Shown here in pieces: positions 43,283 to 50,528 of a DNA stretch of 64,000 nt. Both the position numbers and the translations under genes were made by a program. The stretch's first letter is position 1, and every line of letters starts with the position of its first letter. The notes under the pieces were generated by a model. The model saw only the letters and a program-made list of their open reading frames with translations, searched no databases and had not been told where the DNA came from. The stretch is from contig CAVYRF010000002.1 of assembly GCA_963770895.1 (NCBI GenBank), positions 4,224,001 through 4,288,000 of the forward strand, read 5' to 3'. The stretch comes from an uncultured Acidobacteriota bacterium (GTDB lineage Bacteria > Acidobacteriota > Thermoanaerobaculia > Multivoradales > UBA5704).

Positions 43283-43514
43283 GGCGGTCGCGGCGGTGCT
43301 GCGACCGGCATCCGCCGCGGGGATCGAGATCTACATCGCCGGCGCGCTGGCGCGCGACCTTTGGTTGGAGTTTGCCTACGGCATCGATACCGGACGCCGG
43401 CCCGGCGAGCATCAGCGGATGAACGCGCTGGGGTTCGCGGAGGCCACGCGCCTGATTCCCTTGTGCGCTGCTGGCTGCTTGCGGCAGCAAGAGGCCGATG
43501 CTAGTCTAGCTTGA
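43242..43514 (+). pseudogene. Truncated AbiEii-type nucleotidyltransferase toxin
   Basis: IYIAGALARDL..GIDTGRR matches the NTase N-terminus, but the expected TxDxD motif is replaced and the ORF stops at 90 aa. Confidence 0.65.
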
Positions 43515-43556
43515 CGCCATATACGACGTCTCTCAAGTTCAACCCAGGAGCTCATC

Positions 43557-43733
43557 ATGCGCAAGTGCAAGAAACTGGCATTGAACCGCGAAACCCTCCG
43601 CCACCTCGATACCCTGCGGCAAGCGGCCGGAGGGGCCACGGCGGCGACCGCCTGCAACCAGCTCACCTGCGCTTTACACGCTAGTTGCATGGATACGTGC
43701 CCGAAGTTTTGCAAAGGAACCACAGTCTGCTGA
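43557..43733 (+). CDS. RiPP/lanthipeptide-like precursor peptide (58 aa), double-Gly leader, Cys/Thr-rich core
   Basis: CAGGAG RBS. Translation: MRKCKKLALNRETLRHLDTLRQAAGG-ATAATACNQLTCALHASCMDTCPKFCKGTTVC. Below the ORF-track cutoff. Confidence 0.8.
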   Translation: MRKCKKLALNRETLRHLDTLRQAAGGATAATACNQLTCALHASCMDTCPKFCKGTTVC

Positions 43734-44193
43734 CAGTCTTAGGGCCGGGCTGAACGCGCAGGCTCAGGCTCACCGCAGAGCCCAGGCCGTGGCCGCCGGC
43801 AGCCCTGTGCCGGCGGCTTGACGCCGCCCTGTTGGTGGCAACTCCAAGTACGACGTGCTAGCCAGATTCTGACGGTGGGGAGGATCGCGGGGGACGAGGG
43901 CGAACAGGGTGATAAATCGATCCGAGATATCCAGGTTTGAAGCGAGCTGGCCCTAGGCCCTGCGGCAAGAGACCCGAGGCGGCAGCTCCGGGGCGGCCGC
44001 CGGGAGGGCTCCCCTTGTCGTCGCGCTGCGGGCTCGCGGGGCGGCAAGCGGCTTGGCGGTGAGCTGTCTTGCCAGCGGCTCGCCGCATTGCCTCGCCCCA
44101 GAGCGCCGCCAAGTGGACCCACCCGTCAGCCGCCCCTCCCCGGACTGCCAGCGATGGCTCCGGCGGCCGCGCAAGATGGGTGCTCAGTCCGGG

Positions 44194-45627
44194 TCAGTCC
44201 CGGTCCAGCGACCGCAGCGGCGCGCGATTCTCCAGCCGGCGAATGAGCTCTTGCGCCTGCGCTACGGTCGCCGTCTCCTGGAGGGCCGCCTCCCAGAACA
44301 GCCGCAGCGCTGCGAGCGCATCGCGCTCGATTCCCTCGGCCGAGAAAATCGATAGCATCGCCGCGGCCAGCGCCTTCACCTCCGCGGTCCGACCGGCCGC
44401 CAGGTCGATCACCGCGAGCTCGAGCGACACGACCGCCGCGTCGAGGGCATCGTGCCTCTCGACTAGGTAGTCCCGCACCTCCGCCAGTGCCGCTCGCGCC
44501 TCCGCATACCGTCCCTGGCCCTCATCCACACGCGCGCTCAGCCAGGTCACCCGCAGGCTGTCCAGATCGTTGCCGAGGCTGCGCGCGAGATCGCGTGCCT
44601 CCTCCACGCGCGCCCGTGCCTCCTCGAACTTCTTCAGGTGACAGAGGTTCACCGCCAGGTTGAAGGCCACGCACAACCGATCCCGGAGATCGCCGTGCTC
44701 TCCCATCAGGAGCACCGCCTCCTGCAGCGCCCGGAGCGCCCCCGGGACGTCGCCGGCCTGCTCCAGAGCGAAAGCAGCCTTGATGAGAAGCCGGCCCGCC
44801 ACCTCTGGCGGCGCACTGCCGCGAGCCCGTTCCAGCAAGGCAAGCGACTCAGCCGTACGCATCTGGTCGCGGCGCAGCGACGCTTCGAGGTCGAACAGCC
44901 GCCATTCCGGCAGGCGCCCCTCTGGATCGCCGTCTTGCCCGGCCTGCCAAAGTCTCCAGGTCTCCCGCCACTCCGCCTCGGCCTCAAGCAGTTGTCCGGA
45001 AAGCCGCAGACTGTTGGCCAGGAACGCATGCGCCCATCCTGCAAGCCGCTCCTTCCACGCCTGGTTCCCTGGGGCGTTCTGTGCAGCGCGCACCGCCAGC
45101 CGCGAAAGCTCGACCGCTGCGGTGGCGTCGCGCGGCGCCGCCCGGATGCTCGCGCCGCACAACCGCTCGGCGAGGGTCGGAAGCCCCCGTCCGTCCGCCG
45201 TCGCCGGGCCGGCGCTCGCGCCTCGGTCAGCGCTGTCCGGGTCCACGAACGCAGCCGCGAGGACACTGAGCGCAGCGCCGGACGCTGTCTTGAGGTCTGC
45301 CAGAAGATCCTGGTCGCGCAGCCCGGTCTCTTTTCCCCAGTCCATGGGTGCCGACGCTCGCACCTGACCGCCGTCCGACTCCATCAAGGTGCGAACGAGG
45401 CGGATGACGGGCGGCAGGATGCTCAGCGCCACGTCGACCGGCAGCCCCACCGCGGCGATCAGGCGCTCGACCGTCGCATCGGCCGGCTTGAGCTTGCCCT
45501 GCTCGAAACGCAGGATGCTCTCCGCCTCGACACCCGCCCTGGCGCCCAGCTTGACCTGGCTCCAGCGGCGAGAGGCCCGGAGCAGCCGAACCAGGAGCTT
45601 CACGTCCTCCGGCTCCATCCTCCCCAT
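44194..45627 (-). CDS. XRE-HTH plus TPR-like helical-repeat regulator (paralogue A)
   Basis: HTH LVRLLRASRRWSQVKLGARAGV..ILRFEQG and shared family motifs AFLANSLR, LPEWRLFDLEASLRRDQ, WLSARV and VSLELAV. Start uncertain (45618, 45627 or 45645). Confidence 0.8.
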   Translation of the reverse strand: MGRMEPEDVKLLVRLLRASRRWSQVKLGARAGVEAESILRFEQGKLKPADATVERLIAAVGLPVDVALSILPPVIRLVRTLMESDGGQVRASAPMDWGKETGLRDQDLLADLKTASGAALSVLAAAFVDPDSADRGASAGPATADGRGLPTLAERLCGASIRAAPRDATAAVELSRLAVRAAQNAPGNQAWKERLAGWAHAFLANSLRLSGQLLEAEAEWRETWRLWQAGQDGDPEGRLPEWRLFDLEASLRRDQMRTAESLALLERARGSAPPEVAGRLLIKAAFALEQAGDVPGALRALQEAVLLMGEHGDLRDRLCVAFNLAVNLCHLKKFEEARARVEEARDLARSLGNDLDSLRVTWLSARVDEGQGRYAEARAALAEVRDYLVERHDALDAAVVSLELAVIDLAAGRTAEVKALAAAMLSIFSAEGIERDALAALRLFWEAALQETATVAQAQELIRRLENRAPLRSLDRD

Positions 45628-45755
45628 CGTGCCCGGTTCCTCCATGGTTGGTGCACATTCTCTGACGTATGAGGTAACTTTCTTCACCACCAATGGCGCT
45701 CCAGCGGGCGACCACCTCCGGCCGGCTCCGGGGGCGTCAACGAAAGGAGCTTCGC

Positions 45756-46250
45756 ATGCCTCTGTCTCGCCCCCGCCCTCTCTGCATCCTCCTGCTGGTG
45801 CTCGCCCTTACCGCCTTGCCTCAGGCCCTCCTCGCCGCCCCCCGGTCCGAGGCGCCTGAATCCCAGGTGCCGAGCCTCTCCGCTCTGCTCCCCTCGTTCT
45901 GGAACTGGCTGGGCTTCGCCTCGACCGAAACCCGGTGCGGCGCCGACCCAAACGGAGGTCAACAGTGCAACCCGAGCAGCGGTAGTGACCAGCGTCCAAC
46001 CACCCAGCACGTGCGCGTCCTGTCCAGCCGTCCTACCTCCTCCAACAAGGCCTTATCCGGCAGCAACGTCAGGACGGACACCCGTTGCGGTCTCGACCCC
46101 GACGGCGTTGTGCAGTGCACTGATGGATCAAGGCGTCCCACCTGGTCCGGCGGCACCGTCGGGACGGACACCCGCTGCACCGCAGACCCTGACGGCGGCC
46201 TCAAGTGCGCTGCTGGAAGCAGCATCCAGCCTCCAACGCTGCGCCAGTAG
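45756..46250 (+). CDS. Secreted 164-aa precursor with three T[ED]TRCxxDP[ND]GxxxC repeats
   Basis: AAGGAG RBS, signal peptide MPLSRPRPLCILLLVLALTALPQALLA, amphipathic SFWNWL segment, then three motif copies. Confidence 0.82.
   Translation: MPLSRPRPLCILLLVLALTALPQALLAAPRSEAPESQVPSLSALLPSFWNWLGFASTETRCGADPNGGQQCNPSSGSDQRPTTQHVRVLSSRPTSSNKALSGSNVRTDTRCGLDPDGVVQCTDGSRRPTWSGGTVGTDTRCTADPDGGLKCAAGSSIQPPTLRQ
45924..46208 (+). repeat. Three dispersed 45-nt coding repeats
   Basis: 45924-45968 TETRCGADPNGGQQC; 46074-46118 TDTRCGLDPDGVVQC; 46164-46208 TDTRCTADPDGGLKC. Confidence 0.92.
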
Positions 46251-46316
46251 CCGCCATCTAACAGAGGCCCGCTCCCGCGTTCGGTGCTCCGGCGTGGCTG
46301 GTGCCGACCTCATGTC

Positions 46317-47921
46317 TTAATGAGCTTTGGCCTTGAGGTCCGCCGCCGTCTCGAAGAAGGCCAGAAGCCGGCGGGCCTCCGCCACGGTTACCGCCTCCTG
46401 CCGCGCTGCGTCGTGGAACAAGCGCACGGCGATGAGCGCTTCGGGCGCGACGCGCTCCGCGATGAAGGTCTGCACCATGAACTCCGCGAGCACCTTCACC
46501 TTCTGGGTGCGACCCTCCTCAAGGTACAGCACCGCGAGCTCCAGGGACACCATCGCCATCGCCAGGGGGTTCCTGGCGACCGCGTAGGCTCTACGGACGT
46601 GCTCCAGGACGCGGTACGCCTCCTTTCTCTGTCCCAGCCCCGCCGCAACCCGCCCACTCAGCCATTCCATCTTCAGGACATCCAGCTTATTGCCCAAGCT
46701 CTGTGCAACCTGCCTGAGACCGGGCAGTTGCTCCCAGGCCTTCGCGTACTGACCCAGGTGGCACAGGTTGACCGTCAGATTGAAGCCCAACACGCACTGG
46801 TCGCGCAGGGTTCCGGACCTCTTCACCAGGGGCTCCGCCTCGCGCAACGCGGCCACCGCGCCTTCGAGATCGCCAGACTGTTCCAGCGTGAATCCCTTCT
46901 TGACGAGAATCCTCCCCTCAACCTCAGCCGGCGCCGCCGCCTGAACCCTGTCGAGCAGCTCCAGAGCCTCCGCGAACCGCCCCTGGTCGCGCCGCAGCGA
47001 CGCCTCCAGGTCCCAGAGCCGCCACTCCGGGAGGATGCCGTGCGGATCGTCTCCGGCGCTCCAGACGGACCACGCCGCCGCCATTTCCAGGTCCGCCTCG
47101 CGCAGGCGGCTTTGGACCCGCAGGCCGTTGGCGACAAAGGCCCGGGTGAAGCCGCGGAGGCGGCTGCGGAAGCCATGGCCGACGTCTGCGAGCTCTGCGG
47201 CGCGGCCCGCCAGCGATGCGAGGTCCGTGGCAGCCCCCGCCCCCGTCGCGGCCACCTGTGCGCTTTCTTCGGCGAGCCGCTCCGCCATCGCCCACGTCTG
47301 GAGCTCCTCCAGGCTTTCCACGACCAGCTGCCGCTCCCGGTGATCGAAGCCTTGCAGCTCCTGCCAGAGGCGCGCCGCGTCGCGGCGCGCGGCTTCGATC
47401 CGCCGGCGGTGCAGCAGCGCCAGCACGCGCGGTACCACAAGCGCCGCCATCGCGAGGCCCAGCCGCGCCGCGGTCTCGCGGGCCAGCCGCTCGTCGAGGA
47501 GCGTCGGATCCTCCGAGTGACGCTCCGACGCTGACGGGGTGGCGGCCCTGTCCGCCTTCTTGCGGCGCCTCTGCCCCTGGCCGCGCCTGCGCTCGGGCCG
47601 GCCTGGCACCTCGACACCCGATGCCACCGTGGGAGGAAGCACTGCTTCCGGTCCTTCGCTCTCCCCCCGCCGCGGCGCCTCCGGCCGGACCACCGCCTGG
47701 ACTGCCAGGAGCGCCGCGTCGACATCGGCCCGGTTCAGACCCATGTGGCGCGCAAGATCCACCAGCCGTTCGTGGTCCAGCTCTCGGAAGCCGGTCTCGA
47801 AATGACCCAACTGGACCGGGTGAAACCCTTCGGCCGCCGCCAGCTCCTCGCGTGTCCAGCCGGCGGCTTGCCGAAGCCAGCTCAAGGCCAGACTTCTGGA
47901 TGGTGCGACAGCCTTGGGCAT
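46317..47921 (-). CDS. XRE-HTH plus TPR-like helical-repeat regulator (paralogue B)
   Basis: HTH LSWLRQAAGWTREELAAAEG..LGHFETG, then LQTWAMAERL, AFVANGLR, LPEWRLWDLEASLRRDQ, WLSGRV and VSLELAV. GGAGG RBS. Confidence 0.82.
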   Translation of the reverse strand: MPKAVAPSRSLALSWLRQAAGWTREELAAAEGFHPVQLGHFETGFRELDHERLVDLARHMGLNRADVDAALLAVQAVVRPEAPRRGESEGPEAVLPPTVASGVEVPGRPERRRGQGQRRRKKADRAATPSASERHSEDPTLLDERLARETAARLGLAMAALVVPRVLALLHRRRIEAARRDAARLWQELQGFDHRERQLVVESLEELQTWAMAERLAEESAQVAATGAGAATDLASLAGRAAELADVGHGFRSRLRGFTRAFVANGLRVQSRLREADLEMAAAWSVWSAGDDPHGILPEWRLWDLEASLRRDQGRFAEALELLDRVQAAAPAEVEGRILVKKGFTLEQSGDLEGAVAALREAEPLVKRSGTLRDQCVLGFNLTVNLCHLGQYAKAWEQLPGLRQVAQSLGNKLDVLKMEWLSGRVAAGLGQRKEAYRVLEHVRRAYAVARNPLAMAMVSLELAVLYLEEGRTQKVKVLAEFMVQTFIAERVAPEALIAVRLFHDAARQEAVTVAEARRLLAFFETAADLKAKAH

Positions 47922-48507
47922 TGCGCTGGTGTCCTCCAGGGTGACGCCGCGGCGACGACAGCGCCGCCTTGGGACCGGATGTTGCCGCCTTCAGGAGATC
48001 TCGTTCTCGCGCCAGAAATTGCCTGCTTCGAATACGGTATTGATTCTACGCGAATGCTCCTTTCATGCAAGCCTTTGGGCGTGTGGGTCCCAACCATGCG
48101 CCCTGTCTGCCGCAACATCTTCGGTTGCAGGGTGGAGGCACTGCCTGGGCCAGCGCGCGGCTGCCTCGTACGCCCCGTCATGTTCTCTGACGTAGCAGAT
48201 ACCTTTCTTGGCAGGTGGCAGTCGCACTGCCCCTGCACTCGCGTGGACAGCGAACGCTGCGGAGCTTCCTGCCAGCGGACCTTACCCCTGACGTTATGTC
48301 GCAAGAAGATCGTTGTGCCTTGCATCAGAAACACGTGCTGTTTCGTCGATTTTGTTGACCCTGCGTAATTGCTTCTTTCGCGCAAACGACAAGGGCGTTA
48401 GGGTTTCGGCCATGCGCACCGACGCCCCCGACATCCACGATGCCGCGCTCGGGGAGGCAATCGAGCGCGGCGCAGGTCACGGGGCGCTTTGACAGGAGGG
48501 GCATTCT

Positions 48508-49221
48508 TTGGCTAACGCGCACGACATGCCGGAGCGCAAAGCCCGGCTCGGGGAGGGGGGCGGTCCGGATGGTGAGACGGCCCATCCCGATCCCAGGAGT
48601 GCCGGCGCCAGACACGTCGAGATCGGCCTGATGGCGCGGCTGCTGACCGGCCACGCGCAGGACGAGGAGGTCCATCAGCGCCTGCTGCCCCACATGGTCG
48701 GCCAGTGTCCTGAGTGCCAGCGCTTGCTTGCCGGGCTGGAGGACCTGCGCTGTGAGGCGGCGGCGCCGGACGTCCTGATTGCCGCGACCGAATGGCCGGC
48801 GGCGCCCGGCCTGTGGCAGGGGCTGGCGCCGCTCTCTTTCGACGCGCAGCTGCGGGCCGCCGCGGCGGAGGAAACCCTTCACACCTGGGGACTCTGCCGG
48901 CTGCTCCAGGTCAAGAGCGGCGGCGAGGCGCGCGAGCATCCCGTTGCGGCTGGCCGGCTTGCCCAGCTGGCCCTGGTGATCTCCGAGCATCTGGCTCCCG
49001 GCTACGACTCCGACTGGGTGCGCGACCTGCGGGCGCTGTCGCTGGCCTGCCTGGGCAACGCCCGCCGCCTGATGGCCGAACCGGGCAGCGCGGCGGACGC
49101 GTTTGCGGCGGCGAGGGTCGAGTGCCAGGCGGGCACCGGCGACCCGGCGGTCGAAGCCGAGGTGCTGGTGCTCGAAGCCCTGCTGCTGCGCGACCCATCC
49201 ACGCCCCATCTTGGCTTATGA
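48508..49221 (+). CDS. Zn-finger-like (HxxxxCxxC) plus partial TPR-like protein, probably truncated family member
   Basis: AGGAGG RBS with TTG start, LLPHMVGQCPECQR, LHTWGLCRLL and DLRALSLACLGNARRL. Ends just after LEALLLRD, where the paralogues continue. Confidence 0.65.
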   Translation: MANAHDMPERKARLGEGGGPDGETAHPDPRSAGARHVEIGLMARLLTGHAQDEEVHQRLLPHMVGQCPECQRLLAGLEDLRCEAAAPDVLIAATEWPAAPGLWQGLAPLSFDAQLRAAAAEETLHTWGLCRLLQVKSGGEAREHPVAAGRLAQLALVISEHLAPGYDSDWVRDLRALSLACLGNARRLMAEPGSAADAFAAARVECQAGTGDPAVEAEVLVLEALLLRDPSTPHLGL

Positions 49222-50528
49222 GGACATCGCCCATGGCGCGAAATCGCAGTTACGAGCGCGGCGCAGCCTTCCCTGGCGAGACGCCGCGGTATCCCTTTCT
49301 TGCCGCGGGGCGCGACCCTGGGGGCGCGACCCCGATGGCCGATCTAGTGGCCCGGGCGCAGCAGGCCGCGGAGCTGGTCATGGAGCTGATGGCCATGCAG
49401 CGGACGGACCGCCTGCAGGCCGCACGGCACGAGACGCGGTTCCACCGCGTCGCCCTGCTCACGCTGCTTAACCTGGAGGCCGAAAGTGCGCTGCTGCAGG
49501 CGCGCGGCCGCGACGTGGGCGAACAGCAAGCCGAAGCCGCGACGGTCCTGGCCGCCTGCCTGCCGCGCGATCCGCAGGGCCGCGTCGGACGGGCGGGAGC
49601 GCTGGCGCACTGGCTGCTCGGCAAGGCCCGTCTCCACCGTGGCGACCTGGCGGGCGCGGCGCAATCGTTTGCGGAGATGGTCGCGTTCCTGGACGACCCC
49701 GATCAACCCAGCGAAGAAAAAGCGCTAGCCGCCGCCGGCTGGGCGCAGGTAAAGCAGCAGGTGGGCGCCTGGGACGAGGCCGTGGCGCACTATCAGCAGG
49801 CGGCCTTCGCTTTTGCGGACGCCAGAGCGGCCCTGCCCACCGCGGCCTGCCTGGCGGAAATCGGCTTCATCCTGCGTGCGACCAACGGCGACCTGCTGGT
49901 CGCGCGGCGCAACCTGGAGCGTGCCTGGAAGTTGCTGGACCCCGCGCTCGCCCCGACGGTGGCGGCCCGCGTCGCCCTTGGCTGCGCCGAGATCGAGGCC
50001 CTGCTGGCCGGAGACGCCGAAAGCCTGTGGCTGGAGCGCGCGCATAGCCTTTATCCCCTGCCGGCGCAGCCCTGCGAAGAGCTGGCCCGCGCCTGGAGCG
50101 AAGGCCGCATCGCCACCGCGGCGGGACGCTATGGCGAGGCCGAGCCGCTGCTGCAAGGGGTGCGCTTGCAACTCCTTTCGCTGGGGAGCCTGGCCGAGGC
50201 GGTGACGGTCTCCTGCGACCACCTGACCCTGCGGCTCGAAGCGGCGCAGCCGCCGCACGTCGATGCCCTTGCCGATGCCCTGGACAAGGCGTTTCCCCAC
50301 TCTGACGGCGCGACCTGGGCTGGCGCGCTGCGGGAGCTGGCCGAGACCGCGGCGGCGCGGGGACGCGATGCCTACTACATTGCCGTGCAGCTGCTGGTCG
50401 GGCGCCTGGCAGCTCAGGCACCGGTCTCGGGCCGGCCCGATCTGTTGCCGCCCCTGCGCGCCCTGACCGACCGGCTGCTGCGGAACCGCGGCGAGTTCGA
50501 AGATCCGCTGGGCGCCGTGCCCTCGTGA
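49218..50528 (+). CDS. TPR-like helical-repeat protein (divergent relative)
   Basis: ATGA overlap with the upstream gene. AHWLLGKARLHRGDLAGA, GAWDEAVAHYQQA and WSEGRIATAAGRYGEAE. Confidence 0.7.
   Translation: MRTSPMARNRSYERGAAFPGETPRYPFLAAGRDPGGATPMADLVARAQQAAELVMELMAMQRTDRLQAARHETRFHRVALLTLLNLEAESALLQARGRDVGEQQAEAATVLAACLPRDPQGRVGRAGALAHWLLGKARLHRGDLAGAAQSFAEMVAFLDDPDQPSEEKALAAAGWAQVKQQVGAWDEAVAHYQQAAFAFADARAALPTAACLAEIGFILRATNGDLLVARRNLERAWKLLDPALAPTVAARVALGCAEIEALLAGDAESLWLERAHSLYPLPAQPCEELARAWSEGRIATAAGRYGEAEPLLQGVRLQLLSLGSLAEAVTVSCDHLTLRLEAAQPPHVDALADALDKAFPHSDGATWAGALRELAETAAARGRDAYYIAVQLLVGRLAAQAPVSGRPDLLPPLRALTDRLLRNRGEFEDPLGAVPS

Noticed and set aside
43739-44190. Short ORFs downstream of the RiPP-like peptide
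   Set aside because: Arg/Pro-rich translations without motifs; no second precursor or enzyme fragment recognised.
45924-46208. Possible CRISPR-like repeat-spacer array
   Set aside because: Only three degenerate copies with unequal spacers (105 and 45 nt), conserved at the amino-acid level, and no cas genes.
47882-48385. 167-aa minus ORF and overlapping + ORFs in the gap between divergent repeat-protein genes
   Set aside because: No RBS, signal peptide, DPxG motif or typical codon bias; more likely a divergent promoter region.
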